A DNA stretch of 64,000 nucleotides, from the IMG/VR virus record IMGVR_UViG_3300027804_000047, positions 53,626 to 117,625 of that record. One strand, given 5' to 3'. The stretch comes from a virus. Under the pieces are notes generated by a model. The model was given only the letters and a program-made list of their open reading frames with translations. It did not search any database and was not told the origin of the DNA. Below, in pieces: positions 1-7,879 of the stretch (positions are counted from its first letter, which is position 1; each line of letters opens with the position of its first letter). The position numbers and the translations under genes are program-made.

Positions 1-2
1 AA

Positions 3-356
3 GTCGCAAGACCAGCACAAAGAGAATTAGAAAAAATAGTTAATAAAATTATTAAAGAAAAGACTGATGTTTTAGTCCTTAAGTTTAAAGAATTAACACT
101 TACAGATGAAATAGCACAATCTCAGATTTTGGAGAGATACGTAAAAACACAGGTAATGCTTCCAAACGAAGCAAGATCCGCACTTGGTCTTCCACAAAGA
201 GAGGGGGGGGACGAGCCATTTAATCCTAAGCCAGAACAAATATCAAGCGATAATTCTGATAGGGCAAGGGATTCAGAAAGAACGAATAACCAGTCTGACG
301 GGGCTGCCACAATAAGCGGTAGAAATCCAAAAGGCGAAGGTAGATCTTCTCAATAG
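3..356 (+). CDS. Portal protein, C-terminal fragment (5' truncated by window)
   Basis: Frame open from nt 3: VARPAQRELEKIVNKII...LERYVKTQVMLPNEARSALGLPQREGGDEP. The PNEAR..LGL..GGD motif is typical of HK97-type portal C-termini; lies directly upstream of prohead protease and capsid. Confidence 0.85.
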   Translation, partial: VARPAQRELEKIVNKIIKEKTDVLVLKFKELTLTDEIAQSQILERYVKTQVMLPNEARSALGLPQREGGDEPFNPKPEQISSDNSDRARDSERTNNQSDGAATISGRNPKGEGRSSQ

Positions 357-399
357 TTTTCCACAGGTTTATTCACAAGTTATTAACATATGTGTAAAA
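357..399. promoter_or_regulatory. Cluster of four DnaA-box-like 9-mers
   Basis: TTTTCCACA 357-365, TTATTCACA 369-377, TTATTAACA 380-388 (1 mismatch), TGTGTAAAA 391-399 (reverse TTTTACACA); consensus TTWTNCACA; 11-12 bp spacing. Confidence 0.6.
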
Positions 400-422
400 A
401 AGGCTCTATAATATATTCTAGT

Positions 423-1754
423 ATGACTATATCTAAAGCCCATTGGGATACCACTGGCGACTCAGTAAGACTTTCCCTTCCATTTGCGAAGGTTGATAAG
501 GAGAGACGTATCGTCTCTGGTTTTGCATCTCTTGATAATGTTGATAAGCAAGGCGATATAGTTACAGCAGAAGCATCACTAAAAGCATTTTCAAAATTCC
601 GTGGAAACATTCGTGAAATGCACCAGCCACTTGCTGTTGGTAAGATGGTTAATTTTAAAGAAGATAGATATTTTGATCCAGAATCTAAAAAGTTTTATTC
701 TGGTGTTTTTGTTTCAGCATATGTATCAAAGGGTGCACAAGATACATGGGAAAAAGTTTTGGACGGTACACTAACAGGATTTTCTATTGGTGGTCGAATG
801 AATAAGTGGGATGACGGTTATGATGAGAAGTCAGATTCCACAATTAGAATTATTAAAGATTATGATCTTGTTGAGTTATCATTAGTTGATTCTCCAGCAA
901 ATCAGTTTGCAAATATTATGCAAGTTGAAAAGGTTGATGGAGTAGATGTTGTTAAGGGACAAGATGTTGCATTAGAAAATGTTTTTTATGATGAAGAGTC
1001 TGGTTTGGTTATGGTGTCAGAAGAAGAATCTGTAACAAGTCCAGTTAACGGAAATGAAATGAAGAATATAGGGTTCGTTGAAAAAACGGATAATGAAAAA
1101 ATGGATATAGTCAAATTCTTAGTAGATAGTGCTAAAGGCATTGATGCTAAGATTAAGAAGGAGGATAATCCTATGGCAAAAAAGACAAAGGTTGAAGAAA
1201 CCGAAGTTACTAAGTCAGAAGAAATCGCTCCAGAGGCAGATGCCGTAGTTGAGGCTCCTGTTGCAGAAGTTACTGAAAAATCTGAAGAGGTTGAAGTAGC
1301 AGAAGATACTGTTGAAAAGTCTGAAGAGACTCCAACAGAAGAAGTTGCAAAGGCTGAAGAATCAGTTGAAGCACCAGCAGCAGAAGTTGCAGCAGAAGTA
1401 TCTAAGTCAGATGAAGCAATTGTTGAAGCAGTTGCAGAAATCAAGAATACAATTACATCAGCCTTTAGCGATTTAGTTGAAACTGTAAAGTCTTTGCAGG
1501 CAGAAGTAGAAATGCTTAAGTCTAATAAGGTTGACACAGCAGCAGTAAAGAGTTCACTTGATGCAGTCGCCAAAGACATTGCTGCAACAGTTGAACAAGT
1601 TGATAGATTTGGAAAGAGAGTAGACGCAGTAGAAGCAGACACTGCTTTCCGAAAGTCTGGCGATCTAGGCGAGATCGTACAGGAACAACCAGCAATGGTT
1701 GAAAAATCCCTATGGGGCGGACGTTTCCTCAAAACAGCCGACTTATTTAATTAA
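423..1754 (+). CDS. HK97-type prohead protease fused to acidic coiled-coil scaffold
   Basis: GFASLDNVDKQGD, REMHQ, TGFSIGG, ELSLVDSPAN motifs; Glu-rich C-terminal half; ATG at 423 follows TATAAT 407-412, preferred over the ORF-track start at 390. Confidence 0.9.
   Translation: MTISKAHWDTTGDSVRLSLPFAKVDKERRIVSGFASLDNVDKQGDIVTAEASLKAFSKFRGNIREMHQPLAVGKMVNFKEDRYFDPESKKFYSGVFVSAYVSKGAQDTWEKVLDGTLTGFSIGGRMNKWDDGYDEKSDSTIRIIKDYDLVELSLVDSPANQFANIMQVEKVDGVDVVKGQDVALENVFYDEESGLVMVSEEESVTSPVNGNEMKNIGFVEKTDNEKMDIVKFLVDSAKGIDAKIKKEDNPMAKKTKVEETEVTKSEEIAPEADAVVEAPVAEVTEKSEEVEVAEDTVEKSEETPTEEVAKAEESVEAPAAEVAAEVSKSDEAIVEAVAEIKNTITSAFSDLVETVKSLQAEVEMLKSNKVDTAAVKSSLDAVAKDIAATVEQVDRFGKRVDAVEADTAFRKSGDLGEIVQEQPAMVEKSLWGGRFLKTADLFN
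1173..1754 (+). CDS. Probable nested in-frame scaffolding protein
   Basis: AAGGAGG at 1158-1164, in-frame ATG at 1173 (MAKKTKVEE...), extended -10-like TGCTAAGAT at 1145-1153. Confidence 0.6.
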   Translation: MAKKTKVEETEVTKSEEIAPEADAVVEAPVAEVTEKSEEVEVAEDTVEKSEETPTEEVAKAEESVEAPAAEVAAEVSKSDEAIVEAVAEIKNTITSAFSDLVETVKSLQAEVEMLKSNKVDTAAVKSSLDAVAKDIAATVEQVDRFGKRVDAVEADTAFRKSGDLGEIVQEQPAMVEKSLWGGRFLKTADLFN

Positions 1755-1777
1755 GTAATCACTTAGGAGGTGACAAT

Positions 1778-2905
1778 ATGTCGGAAGAGATTAAGAAAAA
1801 CCAGCCAGGAGAAACTGGCGAACTAGGCGGAACAGCCCCTGGTCTTTATCAAGGTCAAGGTGCATTCGCTTCAGGTGGTGTTGGTGGTGTAACAGATCCA
1901 GGTGCAGATACACTTGGTAACATCCCTAACGCTAACTTTGGTGTTACCACTGGTCCTAATGCCGTAAACCCTTCGGGTGATGCTGCAAGCGGAATCCTAC
2001 GCCCTGAACAGGCACGTCGTTTTATTGACTACGTTTGGGATGCTACCGTTCTCGCCCAAGATGGTCGTCGTGTGACGATGAGAGCAAACACCATGGAATT
2101 AGAGAAGATTAACGTTGGTGAGCGTGTTATCCGTTCTGCTGCACAAGCAATCGGTAACTACACAAACACTGGTGCAACCTTCTCAAAGGTAGAACTTACC
2201 ACAAAGAAAATCCGTTTGGATTGGGAAGTTTCTGCTGAAGCACTAGAAGACAATGTCGAGGGTGGTGCATTAGAAGATCATCTCGTTCGCTTGATGACAA
2301 ATGCATTCGCAAATGACATTGAAGATCTTGCTATTAATGGTGACGGAACAACCGCACCATTCCTTTCAATTATGCCTGGCTTCATTAAGAAGCATCAGGA
2401 TAATGGAGATTCACATGAGGCAGCAATTACCGTTGCTGACAACGCATGGACTCCAGAAAAAATGCAGGAGATCATCCTTGCTATGCCACGTAAGTACCGT
2501 GCACTTAAGAACAATCTTAAGTTCTATGCAGGTACAGATGCATTCGCAGGTATCGTTAAGAATAACGGTACATTGTCTGATGCAATCGCTGAAGCACTTG
2601 GCAAGAATGGTAATACCTATGCAAATACACAGGCTTACCTAGATGGTCAAGGCCAGACATTCGGTGGAGCACGTACAACTCGTGTTCTCGGAATCGATGT
2701 ACAAGAAGTTCCTTACTACCCTGAAGGATATGTCGATTTGACATTCCCTCAGAACCGTGTATGGGGCTTCCAGCGTGATATCGTTGTAAACCGTGAATAT
2801 GTTGCGAAGAAGGATACAATTGAATATACTGTATTCGTTCGCTTCGGTATTCAATGGGAAGAAGAAGACGCTATTGCCTGGGCAGACGCTGCAGCAGATG
2901 CATAA
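1778..2905 (+). CDS. Major capsid protein (HK97 fold)
   Basis: Follows protease/scaffold; strong AGGAGG RBS; GILRPEQARRF, LAINGD motifs; strongly biased codons; terminator downstream. Confidence 0.9.
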   Translation: MSEEIKKNQPGETGELGGTAPGLYQGQGAFASGGVGGVTDPGADTLGNIPNANFGVTTGPNAVNPSGDAASGILRPEQARRFIDYVWDATVLAQDGRRVTMRANTMELEKINVGERVIRSAAQAIGNYTNTGATFSKVELTTKKIRLDWEVSAEALEDNVEGGALEDHLVRLMTNAFANDIEDLAINGDGTTAPFLSIMPGFIKKHQDNGDSHEAAITVADNAWTPEKMQEIILAMPRKYRALKNNLKFYAGTDAFAGIVKNNGTLSDAIAEALGKNGNTYANTQAYLDGQGQTFGGARTTRVLGIDVQEVPYYPEGYVDLTFPQNRVWGFQRDIVVNREYVAKKDTIEYTVFVRFGIQWEEEDAIAWADAAADA

Positions 2906-2923
2906 TCTGTAGACAGTACCTTT

Positions 2924-2963
2924 GAGAGGGGGCAGGGGTTAATCTCCTCCCCCTCTTATCTTT
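2924..2963 (+). terminator. Intrinsic terminator after capsid gene
   Basis: GAGAGGGGG...CCCCCTCTT hairpin followed by T-rich tail. Confidence 0.7.
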
Positions 2964-3001
2964 AGTATTCTGTTATAATAGTTCACATAGGAGGTTAAAT
3001 A

Positions 3002-3493
3002 ATGGAAGAAAATAATTTTAATAATGAAGCACCAGTAGAAAACATTGTTGCACCAGAGGCTCCAGTAGAAGAACCAGCAGTTGCTGAACCAGTTGTTGAG
3101 GCTCCTATGCCAGAAACTAAGGTTGAAGAAGTCGCTGCGGAAAATAATATTGAAGCATCAGTATCTGAGGCTACAGAGTCTACAGATGCTATCACTACAG
3201 CAGATTTGAGCAGATCTTCATCTGATACAGTTCAGTCTGTAGGATCTATTGTAAATGGTGTAATTGGTGTTGCACAAACACCACGACAGGTTAAAAATGA
3301 AAAATCTGTTGCACCAAAAAAGTCTAATAAAACAGTTGCTGTTCATTCTACAAAGAATGTAAGTTTACCTGGAGTTGGCAAGGTATATCGTGGATATAAT
3401 ATTGTTACACCAGAGCAGGCTGAAAAATGGTTAGAGCGTAGTCATGTTAGACTTGCTACACCAGAAGAGGTAGCCAAGGAGTTTGGTCGCTAA
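3002..3493 (+). CDS. Hypothetical head-associated protein, acidic low-complexity N-terminus
   Basis: TGTTATAAT promoter and GGAGG RBS; lies between capsid and head-tail genes. Confidence 0.6.
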   Translation: MEENNFNNEAPVENIVAPEAPVEEPAVAEPVVEAPMPETKVEEVAAENNIEASVSEATESTDAITTADLSRSSSDTVQSVGSIVNGVIGVAQTPRQVKNEKSVAPKKSNKTVAVHSTKNVSLPGVGKVYRGYNIVTPEQAEKWLERSHVRLATPEEVAKEFGR

Positions 3494-4372
3494 ATGCAAA
3501 TTCTGAGAGTACCGCCATATAATTTAAGTGTAACTTTAGATGTTGGATCTGCATCCACAGAATATGATTACACCATTACAGATATGGCGGACTCCTCAGT
3601 TATAGAAGATTCAATTACTTCTAATGCAAATTCAAAAGTAGTAATACCACTATCTTCAAAATATGATACAGAATATAAAATAGAAATTGATGGAGATGAA
3701 TATTTTATTGATGTAGTCCGCCCGTACATAAATCCAAACGATCACGGAACTACAGCCAGTGAAATTTCAACCTATGCCTCTAACGAAGAATTAGCCAGAG
3801 CAATTATAGATTCTGTATGCGATGTAGAGTTTTATTATAAGAAAAAAATAATTCAAACAACAGGTCAAGGAACAGACTACCTTCCTATTTGGGTAGATGC
3901 TAAAAAGGTTTTAAAGGTTTATGAAAACAACGTATTGCTTTATGATGCAGATGATTTAGAAAACTCTGTTTCAGCATTTGAAATTATTCCAGATGGATCT
4001 GCAATCACAATGACGTTTAATGATGCAATAAACAGAGATGAGTCTGCTCGTATTTTATTGCCAGCCTCACCGACAGATATTACAGAACTTGATTATTCTG
4101 CACGAGGATTTCCAAAGACATGGGATTACACAGTTATACTAGAAGTAGGATATAACAAGGTTCCGTCTGATATTGTTAGAGCAACAGAGTTACTTATTCA
4201 TGACATCGATTGTGGTAAGTTAGATTATTATAAGCGCTATATCGGTGCCTATAATACAGATCAATTTAGAATTCAGTTTGATAAAGCAGTATTTGAAGGT
4301 ACTGGCAATTTAATTGTAGACAAGATACTTGATAAATATCGCAAACCGATTGAGTTCGTCGGGGTACTATAA
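3494..4372 (+). CDS. Head-tail adaptor-like protein
   Basis: Position; ARAIIDS and G...VPSDIVRAT..L motifs, VDKILDKY C-terminus resemble gp15/gp6-type adaptors. Confidence 0.65.
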   Translation: MQILRVPPYNLSVTLDVGSASTEYDYTITDMADSSVIEDSITSNANSKVVIPLSSKYDTEYKIEIDGDEYFIDVVRPYINPNDHGTTASEISTYASNEELARAIIDSVCDVEFYYKKKIIQTTGQGTDYLPIWVDAKKVLKVYENNVLLYDADDLENSVSAFEIIPDGSAITMTFNDAINRDESARILLPASPTDITELDYSARGFPKTWDYTVILEVGYNKVPSDIVRATELLIHDIDCGKLDYYKRYIGAYNTDQFRIQFDKAVFEGTGNLIVDKILDKYRKPIEFVGVL

Positions 4373-4821
4373 TGGTAATATGCGAAACTCCAGACTTCGC
4401 ATTTCCTATGCAAGCAGATGTGTATCACCCAATAGTTGAACAGGGTATTTACGGAGAAGTTAAAAAGACTTGGATTTTAGATCGTACAATTGCATGTTCA
4501 TTTGCTCCAGCAGGAACAGCATTTAAAGAAGAGGTAACTCCAAATATTAATATTACACAAGATAAACTATTAATGGGTAGAGTAAAAACAGATATCAGAA
4601 TGTCAAGTTTAGAGGCTCGTAATTCTATTACAAATGTTATTATCACAAACATAAAAGATAAAAACTGTAATGAAATTTATTTAGAAACTTCTGGGCCACG
4701 TGCAGGTAAGTCCACTATATTTGAAATAGCAACACAAGACCCTTTTACAGGTCCTTTTGGAAATATAGAATACTATAAATTAATTATACGTAGATCTGAA
4801 AATCAGGCGGTAGACGTATGA
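4372..4821 (+). CDS. Head closure/stopper protein (putative)
   Basis: Position and size after adaptor; coupled TAATG overlap. Confidence 0.5.
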   Translation: MVICETPDFAFPMQADVYHPIVEQGIYGEVKKTWILDRTIACSFAPAGTAFKEEVTPNINITQDKLLMGRVKTDIRMSSLEARNSITNVIITNIKDKNCNEIYLETSGPRAGKSTIFEIATQDPFTGPFGNIEYYKLIIRRSENQAVDV

Positions 4822-5489
4822 GAGTTGTTATTGATTCTAAGTTATTTAAAAAAGAAATGAACAATATAATTGATTATTCTTTTGGATTTATTGAAGGAGT
4901 TCAAAGAGGAAAGAAAGCGTTGTATGTAGCACTTGGTCCACAAATATCAGAATATGCTTCTCAATTTATAGATGCCAATGCAAGAACTTCTCCAGAATTA
5001 CTTCATCATATATATGAGTGGGATCAAACAGGAAGTCCAAAAGCAAGACTATTTGATATAGATTACACCATTAGCAATATAGGACTTACCTTTAAGTCAT
5101 CTTTTAAACAATCTACTTCAATTAAAAATGGATCAACTGTTCCATTTTACAATAAAGCACAAATTATGGAAAGTGGTGTTGCTGTAACTATTAAACCAAA
5201 AAAAGCAAATGTGCTTTCTTTTGAAATAGGCGGAGAGCAAGTATTTACACCTAATCCAGTAAGGGTAGAAAATCCTGGAGGACAAACTCAAGGTCAATTT
5301 GAAAATACTATTAATAATTTTTTTGGCGTATATTTTAGACAATCATTTTTAAGAGCAAGTGGTTTACAGGAAAAATTAAGTTATCCAAAGGTTTATAAGA
5401 AAAATTTAAATGCAGCAAAACGTAGTGGAAGATCTCTAGGAATAAAGACAGGCTTTCAGTGGGTTGCAAATGCGGGGGTAATTAGATGA
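4818..5489 (+). CDS. Neck/tail-completion protein (putative)
   Basis: Position in head-tail block; ATGA overlap. Confidence 0.45.
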   Translation: MRVVIDSKLFKKEMNNIIDYSFGFIEGVQRGKKALYVALGPQISEYASQFIDANARTSPELLHHIYEWDQTGSPKARLFDIDYTISNIGLTFKSSFKQSTSIKNGSTVPFYNKAQIMESGVAVTIKPKKANVLSFEIGGEQVFTPNPVRVENPGGQTQGQFENTINNFFGVYFRQSFLRASGLQEKLSYPKVYKKNLNAAKRSGRSLGIKTGFQWVANAGVIR

Positions 5490-6043
5490 CAGAATCTACA
5501 TCAGTATTAAATACACCAGTTTTATGGATTAATTATTATCTAAGAACTAAAATAGAAGAGTTAGCAGGCTTGGAAGATGTACCATTTTTCCCAACAGGTC
5601 CTTCAACAATAGAAACCCTTCAGAAACAATTTCCAGAGGGTGGAACCATGGCTGTTTATGACCGCATGTTTAAGATGCGCCGTGGCCCATTTCCACATAT
5701 TAAATGTGAGCAAGTTTTATATTATTTTTATGCTAGTGGTTCAGAACCCACAATACAGATGATTAAAATACAGGAAGCCGTAATGAGGCTATTAGATCGT
5801 GGAGATGAAAGTGCACAGGAGTTAAATTCTTGGGTAAAAGGAAAAACCCTTGATGGTATGAGTTGTGAGTTCTTTTTCCATGATTTCAAAATATATCAGT
5901 TAGAAGAGTCAAGAGATATAGTCGACTTTGGAACAGCCAGAACTTACGCTGGTAATAAGATTATTATTGATTATGACTATCATCAGTCTACTACTAGGTA
6001 TGATAAAGACGGTAATTTAGTACTTGGGATATTAGGAAATTAA
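5486..6043 (+). CDS. Tail terminator protein (putative)
   Basis: Immediately upstream of major tail protein. Confidence 0.5.
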   Translation: MTESTSVLNTPVLWINYYLRTKIEELAGLEDVPFFPTGPSTIETLQKQFPEGGTMAVYDRMFKMRRGPFPHIKCEQVLYYFYASGSEPTIQMIKIQEAVMRLLDRGDESAQELNSWVKGKTLDGMSCEFFFHDFKIYQLEESRDIVDFGTARTYAGNKIIIDYDYHQSTTRYDKDGNLVLGILGN

Positions 6044-6114
6044 TAAAAAGGCTGTATACTTATCAATGAGGAAACACGCCTTTTAATTTCTAGAAAAATA
6101 AAGAGGTGAAATAA

Positions 6115-6732
6115 ATGGCATATACACGTGGTGATAGTACACAAATCATCGTAGGTGCAGCAGCACTTTTTACGTATGAGGCAGGTCCACTACCAGAAGC
6201 AGGTGCTCTTCCAGGGTACTCTGCTGGTACATCTTACAAAACGACTCTTTCTGATGAAGAAGGTTTCCGTAACGTAGGTTACACAATGAATGGTTTAGAA
6301 CTTCAGTTCCAACCAGACTTTGGCGAAGTTGCTGTTGATCAGGTTCTTGACGTTGCCAAGTTGTTTAAGCAAGGCATGCAAGTTAATCTCAACACAACAT
6401 TTGCTGAGGCAACATTGGAAAATCTTTTGTTTGCTCTTGCAGGCAAGGATGATAATCTTACAAATGTAAGTGGTAATCCAACACTTAATCTTTCAGCAGG
6501 CGATATTGGCGAATGTCCAGTAGAGCGTGGTTTGGTTGCAGTAGGTCCAGGAACTGGCGACTGCGCTGACTCAGATTCTATTGAAAGAATTTATGTTGCA
6601 TATCGTGCACTCTCAATCGAGAGCGTAACTGTAGGTGCTAAGCGTGATGAAGCGACAATGTTTGAAGTTTCATTCCGTTTACTACCAAATGATAACGCAT
6701 CATACGGTAAAATCGTAGATCGTTCTCTATAA
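6115..6732 (+). CDS. Major tail tube protein
   Basis: IIVGAA..VGYT.NG.EL..V.VDQ...T.AEATLENL motifs of siphovirus tail tubes; own promoter, RBS and terminator. Confidence 0.85.
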   Translation: MAYTRGDSTQIIVGAAALFTYEAGPLPEAGALPGYSAGTSYKTTLSDEEGFRNVGYTMNGLELQFQPDFGEVAVDQVLDVAKLFKQGMQVNLNTTFAEATLENLLFALAGKDDNLTNVSGNPTLNLSAGDIGECPVERGLVAVGPGTGDCADSDSIERIYVAYRALSIESVTVGAKRDEATMFEVSFRLLPNDNASYGKIVDRSL

Positions 6733-6752
6733 TACAATTAAATAAAAAGATT

Positions 6753-6780
6753 AGCCCAACCCAAAAGGTTGGGCTTTTCT
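6753..6780 (+). terminator. Intrinsic terminator
   Basis: AGCCCAACC CAAAA GGTTGGGCT followed by TTTCT. Confidence 0.8.
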
Positions 6781-6798
6781 GTTTGATATAATAGTTAA

Positions 6799-7485
6799 AT
6801 GCCTACAGAAATATATAAAAGTGCTGTTGTTGAGTTAATGGATGGAACAGAACTTTATATTACACCATTAAAAATAAAATTTTTAAAGTTATTTTTAGAT
6901 GAATTTGAAAATGTTAAAATATCTAAAAATGATGATGAGGCAATAGATGCACTAGCAAAATGCACGGTAATTGCAATGAGACAATATTATCCATTAATAA
7001 AAACACAAGAACAATTAGAAGATAATATTGATATGCCAACAATCTATAAGATATTAGATTTTGCTGCTGGGATTAAGATTAATGAAAAATCAGAAGAGCC
7101 AGTACAACAACAGGCTACAGATAGCGGTAAGAGTTGGGATGAATTAGATTTAGCAGAGTTAGAGTCAGAGGTATTCCTTCTCGGTATCTGGAAAGATTAT
7201 GAAGAGTTAGAGTCATCTATGTCTATGCCAGAAATAATAGCAACATTAAAAATAAAAAGAGATTTAGATTATTCACAAAAAAAGTTTTTGGCAGCAATGC
7301 AGGGTGTAGATTTGGATAAGGCAAGTGGAAAGCAAGATGCCTGGCAAGAACTTAAGGCAAGGGTATTTAGTAAGGGTAAGGCAGCAAATGCAAAAGATGT
7401 ATTGGCATTACAAGGTGCTAACGCACAAAAGGCTGGATTTGGAATCGGTATGGGCTTAGATTATGAGGACCTTACCAAAAAATAA
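6799..7485 (+). CDS. Tail assembly chaperone, long GT-like form
   Basis: Between tail tube and tape measure; N-terminal ~95 aa align by eye with 7530..7856; leaderless (TGATATAAT, 6 nt, ATG). Confidence 0.7.
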   Translation: MPTEIYKSAVVELMDGTELYITPLKIKFLKLFLDEFENVKISKNDDEAIDALAKCTVIAMRQYYPLIKTQEQLEDNIDMPTIYKILDFAAGIKINEKSEEPVQQQATDSGKSWDELDLAELESEVFLLGIWKDYEELESSMSMPEIIATLKIKRDLDYSQKKFLAAMQGVDLDKASGKQDAWQELKARVFSKGKAANAKDVLALQGANAQKAGFGIGMGLDYEDLTKK

Positions 7486-7529
7486 AAGGCCTTTGTGGTA
7501 TAATTTATTCAATACCTTAAGGAGGAAAA

Positions 7530-7856
7530 ATGGCCGAAAAGCCTACAGATAATAAGCAAACAATCACGTTAGTTGACAATACAGAGATTCCAGTAAGACC
7601 TCTTAAACTATCTTTATTGAGACCTTTCATGGGGAAGTTTGGAGAACTTGCTGCAGTTGCAGATGATAACGATAAGTCTATGGATATTCTAATGGACTGT
7701 GTTCAAATTGCAATGAAACAATACAAGCCAGAATTGGCAGAAAACCGTGAACAATTAGAAGAACTTTTAGATCTTCCTACTGTCTATAAGATAGTTGACG
7801 CTGCTTCTGGATTCCAGAGTGCAGATGCATCAGTTGTTTCTGGTTTAGTAAAATAA
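7530..7856 (+). CDS. Tail assembly chaperone, short G-like form
   Basis: Paralog of N-half of upstream gene; TGGTATAAT promoter and AAGGAGG RBS. Confidence 0.7.
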   Translation: MAEKPTDNKQTITLVDNTEIPVRPLKLSLLRPFMGKFGELAAVADDNDKSMDILMDCVQIAMKQYKPELAENREQLEELLDLPTVYKIVDAASGFQSADASVVSGLVK

Positions 7857-7879
7857 ATAAATAAAGAGGTGCATAGGAA

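Noticed and set aside
986-1732. 248-aa minus-strand ORF
   Set aside because: Antisense shadow of the codon-biased scaffold; Ser/Thr/Ala low complexity, no RBS
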